IMG/VR virus record: IMGVR_UViG_3300050821_001527
Span: 64,001-128,000 of that record
Source of the DNA: a virus
Taxonomy: Duplodnaviria; Caudoviricetes
Length of the DNA stretch: 64,000 nucleotides
Reading direction: 5' to 3' (one strand)
Positions 56,273 through 62,420 of the stretch are shown here, piece by piece (the stretch's first letter is position 1; each line of letters opens with the position of its first letter). The translations under genes and the position numbers were made by a program. Under the pieces are notes generated by a model, which was not told the DNA's origin, did not search any database, and saw nothing but the letters and a program-made list of their open reading frames with translations.

Positions 56273-56340
56273 CGGCTGAGTTAGCGATTCCTGCGCGTGG
56301 GAACGAGACGATTCACTTCGTTTAACTGATGAAGCCGCCA
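56273..56340 (+). ncRNA. 68-nt CCA-ended RNA with a T-loop-like hairpin first
   Basis: CGGCT/AGCCG-CCA; AGTTAG/TTAACT; TTCC-TGCGCGT-GGGA. Confidence 0.4.
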
Positions 56341-56345
56341 ATTTT

Positions 56346-56422
56346 GGGATAGAAGGTAAAGTAGTGGAACCGTTCCGTTGTCTGCGGAAAAAAAGTGGGT
56401 GCGACTCCCATCTATCTCGCCA
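56346..56422 (+). tRNA. trnD-GUC: tRNA-Asp(GUC), second copy, U37
   Basis: Loop TTGTCTG, G73. Confidence 0.75.
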
Positions 56423-56517
56423 TTTTGTCAGAGAAGTCCGTCAACCATGCGGTTGACCCGTATGGAGAACGTCGAGTTCAGACATATTGTATAGCTGGCC
56501 ACTTAGGACTTCCGTTC

Positions 56518-56595
56518 AGTCAGTGAGGGAGTAAGATAACCCCGACGCCTGCAAAGCGTTTCGTATAGTCGGAGCATTACCGACACTGACTTCCA
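56518..56595 (+). tRNA. trnC-GCA: tRNA-Cys(GCA)
   Basis: Loop CTGCAAA, U73, T loop AGCATTA. Confidence 0.85.
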
Positions 56596-56599
56596 TTTC

Positions 56600-56676
56600 G
56601 TCCTAATGGTGTAAGGGAATTACAACACGGTAGTCTTCGGACTACAGATGCAAGCCAACTATTGCAAGGGACTCCA
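56600..56676 (+). ncRNA. tRNA-like RNA with a cUUCGg tetraloop replacing the anticodon loop
   Basis: GTAGTC-TTCG-GACTAC; D and T arms; CCA end. Confidence 0.5.
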
Positions 56677-56680
56677 ATTT

Positions 56681-56757
56681 CGGTTTGTCGCCTAGTGTTC
56701 ATGGCACTCGCCTTGGGAGCGAGCATAACGCGGGTTAAAATCCCGCCAAGCCGACCA
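56681..56757 (+). tRNA. trnP-UGG: tRNA-Pro(UGG)
   Basis: Loop CTTGGGA; T loop TTAAAAT with D-loop GT (U19-A56). Confidence 0.85.
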
Positions 56758-56766
56758 TTTTTTAGA

Positions 56767-56843
56767 CGGGGTATAATGTCAGCAGCTAGACGGCTCCCTT
56801 CGGAGGGGAGAGGCCGTGGGTGCGAATCCCACTACCCCGACCA
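56767..56843 (+). tRNA. trnP-CGG: tRNA-Pro(CGG)
   Basis: Loop TTCGGAG. Confidence 0.85.
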
Positions 56844-56847
56844 TTTA

Positions 56848-56918
56848 TGCAGGAAGAATGAGATTCAAGCGGGCCTCATAAGCCTACCCCCGTGGACGCG
56901 ACTTCCACTCCTGCTTCC
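56848..56918 (+). tRNA. tRNA-Met(CAU)-like, 1:72 mismatch, short D arm
   Basis: Loop CTCATAA; T loop CGCGACT. Confidence 0.55.
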
Positions 56919-56963
56919 ATTTTTTATCGAACAGAAACCGTTCTCCGATATAATAGATATTTA

Positions 56964-57041
56964 CGCGGGGTGGACAAGTAGTAAGTCGTTGGCCTCATAA
57001 GCCAAATATCGTCAGGTGCGATTCCTGACCTCACGCAACCA
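56964..57041 (+). tRNA. trnfM-CAU: Initiator tRNA-fMet(CAU), bulged acceptor
   Basis: CGCGGGG 5' end, C1:A72, loop CTCATAA. Confidence 0.8.
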
Positions 57042-57044
57042 TTT

Positions 57045-57461
57045 ATGGAAGACGCCGTTCTCAACACGCAAAAAGCCTTGGACACCGCATTGGCATCATT
57101 GAATGCGCTGGCTAAAAAAGATTACGTTCCTCCGACAACCCCCGACATTGACCCCGAAACTGAAATGCCGATTAAAGGGAATGGCACGGAAGAATATGAT
57201 ACCGAAGACGCTTACGAGGATGGGGAAGAAGCAGTCCGTCTGTGCATTGAAATTGCCCAGTTGAGGCTAGAGGTCGAGGGCCAGCCCCGCCGTGCTATCG
57301 TCAACACGGAAAAGGCGGCAGAAATCCGAGCAAGGGGAGCGATTGACAAGGTAAGACCAGAGCGTCACCTGAGCGTTTCTCCCGAACTTATCAAGAGTAT
57401 CGAACATTCCGTAGCTAAACCGGAAATGATGTTCTTCGTTTTGGAAGAACCCAAGGAATAA
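57045..57461 (+). CDS. Hypothetical acidic protein, 138 aa, within the tRNA array
   Basis: ORF exactly fills the gap between two tRNAs. Confidence 0.65.
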   Translation: MEDAVLNTQKALDTALASLNALAKKDYVPPTTPDIDPETEMPIKGNGTEEYDTEDAYEDGEEAVRLCIEIAQLRLEVEGQPRRAIVNTEKAAEIRARGAIDKVRPERHLSVSPELIKSIEHSVAKPEMMFFVLEEPKE

Positions 57462-57467
57462 GATTTC

Positions 57468-57542
57468 GCGTTGTTGGCAGAGAAGTGATGCGCTTGCCTT
57501 CCAAGCAAGTTTAAGTGGGAGCATTACCCACACAACGCTCCA
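57468..57542 (+). tRNA. trnG-UCC: tRNA-Gly(UCC)
   Basis: Loop CTTCCAA, U73. Confidence 0.85.
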
Positions 57543-57545
57543 ATT

Positions 57546-57970
57546 TGTCCGAAGCTATAATCCCCGTGCGTAATAGCACTAAGCGCAAGTAGGCCGAAAG
57601 GCAGAACCGTGATGGTGGATGAACTGCTCGTCTAAAATATCGGCTACATAATTTAGTCAGGTCGTCGGTCTGTCGTTGCGGTGAGCAATCACCAAGCCTA
57701 TGGGACGGCGGCTCGAAAAGGTATCCGTAAGCTGGCAGGAATCGCTTGTGCAAGATTCCACTACCGAAGGAGAATGCGGCGAAAGCCAAGTTCGTTCGCA
57801 CTTGTAGTAGGTCAGTCATCTCAGCCGAGGCAGGCATTTTCAAAATCGTTAGGGTTAGTCCAACCACGGTAAAACGTGAGAGGGGTCATAAAAGACTGCA
57901 AGCGTCACCCTGCCTAAAACCCCCTGTTGGTGAGTGGATAGTTGAAAACGAGGTCAGCGATGACCTGACT
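57546..57970 (+). ncRNA. Large ornate structured RNA (GOLLD/ROOL-like candidate)
   Basis: 13-bp long-range helix 57655-57667/57958-57970; several GNRA-capped hairpins. Confidence 0.6.
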
Positions 57971-57973
57971 TTT

Positions 57974-58049
57974 AGCCGCATGGTGAAATTACAATCACAC
58001 AATCCTGCGAAGATTGAAGTCCCGGTGAGATTCCGGGTGCTGGCTACCA
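57974..58049 (+). tRNA. trnR-GCG: tRNA-Arg(GCG), second copy, bulged acceptor
   Basis: Loop CTGCGAA. Confidence 0.75.
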
Positions 58050-58053
58050 TTTT

Positions 58054-58128
58054 GCGACATAGGTGTTTATAGATACACGCGAGTCTTCCAAACTTGAGTA
58101 GTGAGTGCGATACTCACACGTCGCTCCA
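58054..58128 (+). tRNA. trnG-UCC: tRNA-Gly(UCC), second copy
   Basis: Loop CTTCCAA, U73. Confidence 0.8.
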
Positions 58129-58133
58129 ATTTA

Positions 58134-58186
58134 TGCACCCAAAACTTGCAAGTTACTCGACCCATGAATCGAGTGTGGTGCAACCA
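58134..58186 (+). ncRNA. 53-nt two-hairpin RNA ending in ACCA (armless tRNA-like)
   Basis: TGCACC/GGTGCA-A-CCA; ACTCGA-CCCATGAA-TCGAGT. Confidence 0.4.
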
Positions 58187-58192
58187 ATTTAT

Positions 58193-58267
58193 TCCCTAGT
58201 AGTGTCAAAGTAGCACGTCTCCCTGTTAAGGAGTTTAGTGTTGGTGCGAGTCCAACCTTCGGAACCA
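58193..58267 (+). tRNA. trnN-GUU: tRNA-Asn(GUU), mismatched acceptor
   Basis: Loop CTGTTAA. Confidence 0.65.
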
Positions 58268-58279
58268 TTTAGTCAGCAT

Positions 58280-58364
58280 TCCAGAGTAGGAGAATTGGTA
58301 AACCCAGCGGACTGTTAATCCGCCGCGAAAGCAACTGCTCGTTCAAGTCGAGCCTCTGGAGCCA
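58280..58364 (+). tRNA. trnN-GUU: tRNA-Asn(GUU), canonical elbow, extra variable hairpin
   Basis: D loop GG, T loop TTCAAGT, GC-GAAA-GC variable arm, G73. Confidence 0.9.
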
Positions 58365-58474
58365 TTTTCAAGACATTTCCCCTGACGAAAGCTCTACGAT
58401 GTAGAACATCGCACCAGCAAGTCATGGTTACATGACGTGTCCGTGGACGCACGGAAGCGGGGAGTTTGAATTTT

Positions 58475-58552
58475 GCATCCGTCAACCAAACGCGTAAATG
58501 ACTCGGGCTTTTAACCCAAAGGATGTGGTCACGCAAGCCACCGGATGCACCA
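58475..58552 (+). tRNA. trnK-UUU: tRNA-Lys(UUU)
   Basis: Loop CTTTTAA; divergent T loop. Confidence 0.7.
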
Positions 58553-58670
58553 ATTTCTACCTGAACACAAGTGCTATGTCATCGAGCCAAGTCACGGTTA
58601 TTGTGTATCGTGAAAATTCCGTTGACAATGTAGCAATGCGCGAGAAAGACGCGCACGGGTTCCTTTTCAT

Positions 58671-58744
58671 AGGGATATAGTATAAAAGTAGAACGGCACC
58701 CTGACACGGTGAAGGCGAAGGAGCGTTACCTTCTATCCCTACCA
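58671..58744 (+). tRNA. trnV-GAC: tRNA-Val(GAC)
   Basis: Loop CTGACAC. Confidence 0.85.
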
Positions 58745-58750
58745 TTTTAT

Positions 58751-58830
58751 GAGAATCGAGACGCGGGTGCATATCCCGCCTGCCTGTTTAAATACTTGCA
58801 GTAGCTTAGTAGCAGAGCGCGATTCGTCTC
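58751..58830 (+). ncRNA. YrlA-type Y RNA (permuted tRNA mimic), A18.G55 version
   Basis: Outer GAATCG/CGATTC, T arm, loop-closed acceptor CTGC/GCAG, TA, D arm GCTT-AGTAGCA-GAGC. Confidence 0.75.
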
Positions 58831-58838
58831 CCTTTTAC

Positions 58839-58917
58839 GGAACGGTAACTCAAATGGGTCAAGAGTGTTCGCCCGATTAGCGAAAGGTTGTGGACTCCCA
58901 AGCCACTCGTTCTACCA
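58839..58917 (+). tRNA. trnI-GAU: tRNA-Ile(GAU)
   Basis: Loop CCGATTA. Confidence 0.75.
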
Positions 58918-58922
58918 ATCAC

Positions 58923-58995
58923 GGTTCCATACGATAAAGCAGTCCCCATGCCCGATTAGCGTGGTGTCTTGGTGCGAGTCCAAGTGGAACTACCA
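58923..58995 (+). tRNA. trnI-GAU: tRNA-Ile(GAU), second copy
   Basis: Loop CCGATTA. Confidence 0.7.
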
Positions 58996-59000
58996 TTTAC

Positions 59001-59076
59001 TGCCCTTTAGCTCATTCAGCAGAGCGGCGTCTTGATAAGGCGAAGGTGGTCGGGGCAGAGCCGACAAGGGCAACCA
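59001..59076 (+). tRNA. trnI-GAU: tRNA-Ile(GAU), third copy
   Basis: Loop TTGATAA. Confidence 0.85.
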
Positions 59077-59079
59077 ATT

Positions 59080-59244
59080 ATGAAACCATACGGATTGACA
59101 AAGAAAATCCTACACAACCATCCCGATGTTCACCCGCCGAAGGGCTGGGTCAACTGGTGGGAAAGCGAAACGAGGGACTGTCTCCGCAAGAAAGCAGAAC
59201 GCCAACAGGCGAAAAAACAGATTTTACAAGATTTGGCTTCGTAG
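59080..59244 (+). CDS. 54-aa basic peptide (HPPKGWVNWWE motif); stop lies inside the next tRNA
   Basis: ATG directly after a tRNA CCA-ATT spacer. Confidence 0.6.
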   Translation: MKPYGLTKKILHNHPDVHPPKGWVNWWESETRDCLRKKAERQQAKKQILQDLAS

Positions 59245-59311
59245 CTCAAGCGTCAAGAGCAGCCGCCTTTTAAGCGGAAGCGTCCGGGCAGTCAATCCGG
59301 TGGGGCCACCA
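59235..59311 (+). tRNA. trnK-UUU: tRNA-Lys(UUU), second copy
   Basis: Loop CTTTTAA; T loop CAGTCAA. Confidence 0.8.
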
Positions 59312-59457
59312 ATTTATAAACACCTAGACCGTGTGCGATACCGGCATGGTTTCGTGAGTCGGCTATGTCGAAGCCGAAGAAGATTCGCGGGACTTGGAGT
59401 GTGAAAGAAGCACGGGTGTATTTTTTTGAATAAAAAGCGGATTCGTTTATCATAGGT

Positions 59458-59835
59458 ATGCAAAACGTTTATCTGAACCGCGACGAACTCCTGCCGATTG
59501 TCAAGGAGAACAAGCAAAAGCACGACAACATTTTTTCCACAGCCGTTTCCGGCTATTGGGTCAAGGCCGAAGAAATCCTGAACGGCAAACTGAACAAGGT
59601 CAAAGCCAAGCAGCAAGTTGACAATTACCTTGGACTCAGCTATCCCGAAGACCATTCTGATGAATATGACCGAGTAATCAGGATGCTGGAACTTTCGTCT
59701 GATGACAAGATTCAGCTTACGTCTTCCGAGTTTGATTGCTATGTTCGCAATCAATGGAACTGGCGCAAGGCGTTCTTGACGGTCAATTCAACATACATTT
59801 CGGACTGGAACCCCATTTCCGGGGCTTCATTCTAA
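59458..59835 (+). CDS. Hypothetical helical protein, 125 aa
   Basis: TATCAT -10-like element 4 nt upstream; plausible fold. Confidence 0.7.
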   Translation: MQNVYLNRDELLPIVKENKQKHDNIFSTAVSGYWVKAEEILNGKLNKVKAKQQVDNYLGLSYPEDHSDEYDRVIRMLELSSDDKIQLTSSEFDCYVRNQWNWRKAFLTVNSTYISDWNPISGASF

Positions 59836-59915
59836 CAGTCTTGGTCGAGGCGTGGGTTCGATTCCGCCGTGTGGCTCCATGCCGCACGTAGCTTAGTGGC
59901 AGAGCGCGACCTGTT
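59834..59915 (+). ncRNA. YrlA-type Y RNA, canonical G18.U55 version
   Basis: GGTCG/CGACC outer stem, TTCGATT loop, 7-bp loop-closed acceptor GTGTGGC/GCCGCAC, D arm GCTT-AGTGGCA-GAGC. Confidence 0.8.
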
Positions 59916-59916
59916 C

Positions 59917-59991
59917 GGGGCTATGGTGCAGAAGTAAGCACGTTAGGTTCTCAACCTGAAAACGTCGGAGCGTTACCGACTAGCCCTACCA
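59917..59991 (+). tRNA. trnE-CUC: tRNA-Glu(CUC)
   Basis: Loop TTCTCAA. Confidence 0.85.
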
Positions 59992-59997
59992 ATTTAC

Positions 59998-60073
59998 GGG
60001 GGAGTGGTGCATAAGTAAGCACGGTTGGCTTTCACCCAGCAGAAGCTCGGAGCGTTACCGGCCTCCCCTACCA
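59998..60073 (+). tRNA. trnE-UUC: tRNA-Glu(UUC)
   Basis: Loop CTTTCAC. Confidence 0.85.
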
Positions 60074-60078
60074 TTTCT

Positions 60079-60156
60079 GTAGCTGACCAGTAAGTCGTCG
60101 TCTGCTCTGGCTTTCAACCAGATGTGTAGTGGGTGCGAGTCCCACCAGCTATGCCA
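60079..60156 (+). tRNA. trnE-UUC: tRNA-Glu(UUC), second copy
   Basis: Loop CTTTCAA, G73. Confidence 0.8.
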
Positions 60157-60219
60157 TTTCCGGGGTGCGCCTCGTCAATTCGTTGATAGGACGGCGAATA
60201 TATCACCCCACTTTTTCTC

Positions 60220-60297
60220 GGTTCCGTGGTGTAAATGGATTAAGCACAAGAGACTTTGACCCTCTTAGCTCCGGGTGCCAGCCGGACGGAACTGCCA
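60220..60297 (+). tRNA. trnQ-UUG: tRNA-Gln(UUG)
   Basis: Loop CTTTGAC, G73. Confidence 0.8.
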
Positions 60298-60304
60298 TTT
60301 TTAT

Positions 60305-60380
60305 TCCCTCTTGGATTGTAATAGTAGCAACTCGGGCTTTGAACCCGAAAGCGGTGGGGCAGAACCATCAGAGGGAGCCA
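60305..60380 (+). tRNA. trnQ-UUG: tRNA-Gln(UUG), second copy
   Basis: Loop CTTTGAA, U1-A72, G73. Confidence 0.88.
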
Positions 60381-60465
60381 TTTATCGGGGTAAGGGTGTA
60401 TTCGTGTAACGACCACTCGGAAGGAGTCTGGAAGCTTACGGACAAACTTCGTCCCCATCTATTTT

Positions 60466-60541
60466 CGGAGTGTATTGTCAACAGCAGACGGCCCGCCTTG
60501 GAAGTGGGAGGTAGTTGGGGCAGCACCAACCATTCCGACCA
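60466..60541 (+). tRNA. trnP-UGG: tRNA-Pro(UGG), second copy, A37
   Basis: Loop CTTGGAA. Confidence 0.85.
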
Positions 60542-60545
60542 ATTT

Positions 60546-60728
60546 ATGAACACTGAAAAAATCGTAGGTCAAGAATATCCAGCCGAATGTCTCGTTGATT
60601 CCAAGACGGGTCTGCCGGTGATGATTCGTCATACCGAAGATTCGGACAGGATTCGTCAGTTGGCGAAGGCCAGCGCGGAGAACCTTCTGAGGGCTTTGCG
60701 AGACGAAACGGGGCTGACGCCCATTTAA
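60546..60728 (+). CDS. Hypothetical protein, 60 aa, between tRNAs
   Basis: ORF fills the tRNA spacer exactly. Confidence 0.55.
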   Translation: MNTEKIVGQEYPAECLVDSKTGLPVMIRHTEDSDRIRQLAKASAENLLRALRDETGLTPI

Positions 60729-60733
60729 TTTAC

Positions 60734-60809
60734 GGGTCTATAACTCAAATAGATAGAGCCTCGCCTTCTAAGCGATGGGATTCAGGTGCGACTCCTGATA
60801 GACCTACCA
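60734..60809 (+). tRNA. trnR-UCU: tRNA-Arg(UCU)
   Basis: Loop CTTCTAA. Confidence 0.88.
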
Positions 60810-60866
60810 TTTCTAGTATAGCCACATGGCGTTTCACAAGTGCTTCAACTAGGTGTAATTCTAGGT

Positions 60867-61343
60867 ATGGGCCACAAAGCTACAAACGAACAACTGGCGG
60901 TTATTATCGCAGAGTCTATTTCCTTCTCTGAGGCAATGAGAAAATGCGATATGAAGCCAAGGGGAGCGTCTTACCAATGGTTTCAAAAACGAGTTAAGAA
61001 GCTCGGATTAGACACGTCTCATTTTAAGGGATACTCGGCTGGTGGTCTGGAAAGGGCCAAGCAGATAAAGAAGCATTGGTCGGAGATTCTTGTTTTAGGA
61101 GACGGTTCGGGCAGAGAAAGGTCAGAGCCTCTTAGGAGGGCTTTTAAAGAATACTGCTTAGAGCAGGCAGTCCCACATATTTGCAACGTCTGCAACGTCT
61201 GCAAGATGGAACCAATTTGGAATGGCCAGCCAATGATATTTCAAATTGACCACATCAATTCAATCAATTTCGATAACAGACCGCTGAACCTTCAATGGAT
61301 TTGCGGCAACTGTCATCAACAGAAAAATTCTAACGGCTACTAA
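60867..61343 (+). CDS. HNH endonuclease (second) in the tRNA array
   Basis: LDTSHF N-terminal module; C..C...FQIDHIN....DNR..NL.W.C.NCH. Confidence 0.9.
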   Translation: MGHKATNEQLAVIIAESISFSEAMRKCDMKPRGASYQWFQKRVKKLGLDTSHFKGYSAGGLERAKQIKKHWSEILVLGDGSGRERSEPLRRAFKEYCLEQAVPHICNVCNVCKMEPIWNGQPMIFQIDHINSINFDNRPLNLQWICGNCHQQKNSNGY

Positions 61344-61410
61344 GCTAATCAAGTGAAAGCAGCGGACTGAAAATCCGTGGAGTTTGGCGCGATACCAAAA
61401 GTAGCCACCA
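61335..61410 (+). tRNA. trnF-GAA: tRNA-Phe(GAA)
   Basis: Loop CTGAAAA; overlaps the HNH stop. Confidence 0.85.
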
Positions 61411-61415
61411 ATTTT

Positions 61416-61563
61416 GGGTATATGTTGTAATGGCAGCAAAAAGGGCGGGAGAGTCGAGGGAATAGCAGACCAACTATAGCTCTGTAAGCCTAGTAGCTCG
61501 ATTTGAAAACCTGAATACTCGTCTATACGAGTGGCCTCGGTTCGATTCCGGGTATATCCACCA
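61416..61563 (+). ncRNA. 148-nt tRNA shell (G3.U70, canonical elbow) with about 60-nt insert
   Basis: GGGTATA/TATATCC-A-CCA; D loop GG; T loop TTCGATT; variable hairpin; GTCGAG/CTCGAT-closed insert. Confidence 0.65.
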
Positions 61564-61567
61564 ATCT

Positions 61568-61646
61568 CCGTCAGTAGCTCAAATGTGGTAAGAGCGTTGG
61601 TTTGAAACACCAAAGGTTGTCGTTCCCCAAACGACTTGACGGGCCA
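61568..61646 (+). tRNA. trnF-GAA: tRNA-Phe(GAA), second copy, G73
   Basis: Loop TTGAAAC; T loop TCCCCAA. Confidence 0.7.
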
Positions 61647-61666
61647 TTTTAAGTGTATAATTCTGT

Positions 61667-61921
61667 GTGGAAGCACTAGCAAAACAGACCCTTCAATGTG
61701 ATGACTGCAAGAAAGTCATTGACACCCGCCGCGATACTGACCTTGAGGACAGCATCCAAGCGAAGTTGAAGAACCTCAAGGGCGACCCGCAGGTTTATCA
61801 TTTCTGCGCGGAAAGCTGCCTTGCCTCCTTTTTGCAGAAGCGCATCAAGAAAAAGAACGCCCGCGCCTCATACGACGCTTTCGCCTACGAGATTGATTTG
61901 TCCGGGGCAAAGGTTAAATAA
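61667..61921 (+). CDS. Small metal-binding (TRASH-like) protein
   Basis: CDDC...HFC..SC; TATAAT 5 nt upstream of GTG. Confidence 0.6.
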   Translation: MEALAKQTLQCDDCKKVIDTRRDTDLEDSIQAKLKNLKGDPQVYHFCAESCLASFLQKRIKKKNARASYDAFAYEIDLSGAKVK

Positions 61922-62130
61922 TGAAATTTTCATCTTTCGCCAAGCTTGTGTTGATTTTCGGGGCAGCGATTATGCTCCTTGATGGTTGCGCTCTCGTTGG
62001 TTGTAATCACGCATTCCCGCAAGTCGAATGGTATTGGTCAGCCGATGCTAAAGCCTGTCGCAAGGAACACGCGATGGAAGCCCAGTGGCGACAGTCCGCA
62101 ACAAACAATTTAAGGCAGTCGTTCAAGTGA
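61921..62130 (+). CDS. Small predicted lipoprotein
   Basis: Hydrophobic signal plus LDG-C. Confidence 0.5.
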   Translation: MKFSSFAKLVLIFGAAIMLLDGCALVGCNHAFPQVEWYWSADAKACRKEHAMEAQWRQSATNNLRQSFK

Positions 62131-62184
62131 ACAAGATGCTCTCATAAGGCGTCAAGGATGGAGCGTTACCATCGTCTGCTACCA
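62114..62184 (+). tRNA. trnM-CAU: tRNA-Met(CAU), miniature D arm
   Basis: Loop CTCATAA; GTTC-AAGT-GAAC. Confidence 0.65.
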
Positions 62185-62189
62185 ATTTC

Positions 62190-62266
62190 GGATTCGTAGC
62201 TCAAATGCTAAGAGCAGCCGGTTCTTACCCGGAAGGTTGTGGCTCGTCAAGCCACCGAGTCCACCA
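62190..62266 (+). tRNA. trnK-CUU: tRNA-Lys(CUU)
   Basis: Loop TTCTTAC; D-loop GC with T loop TCGTCAA (C19-G56). Confidence 0.85.
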
Positions 62267-62270
62267 TTTA

Positions 62271-62340
62271 TGGCCGTCAGCCTGAACCCCATCAGGCTAG
62301 TCCACCAAGGACGATGCAGAGGGTTATGCAACGGCATCCA
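62271..62340 (+). ncRNA. Three-hairpin cloverleaf ending in TCCA, no canonical loops
   Basis: GCCGT/ACGGC; AGCCTGA/TCAGGCT; GTCC/GGAC; TGCA/TGCA. Confidence 0.4.
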
Positions 62341-62344
62341 TTTC

Positions 62345-62416
62345 GCCAGTGCCGTCAGCACGGATTCGAGTTTTGTAAACTTGAAGCAGTCGGGGCAGCA
62401 CCGACCTCTGGCTCCA
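62345..62416 (+). tRNA. trnT-UGU: tRNA-Thr(UGU)
   Basis: Loop TTTGTAA. Confidence 0.8.
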
Positions 62417-62420
62417 TTTC

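Noticed and set aside
57546-57970. RNase P RNA or group I intron
   Set aside because: No GAGGAAAGUCC or P4 signature, and no recognisable P7 core or splice junction in an adjacent gene.
57511-58072. ORFs 57511-57867, 57746-58072, 56662-57000, 60129-60728 (5' part) and similar in the array
   Set aside because: They overlap tRNAs or structured RNA and have no protein-like features; shadow ORFs.
58368-58470. CTGACGA in a multi-hairpin spacer: hammerhead ribozyme?
   Set aside because: No stem II followed by GAAA and no UH site in register. It remains a structured spacer (CCCC/GGGG closure, three hairpins) of unknown type.
60384-60457. GGGG...CCCC-closed element resembling a Ser(GGA) tRNA
   Set aside because: No CCA, a 5-nt loop and no proper T arm; at most a pseudo-tRNA.
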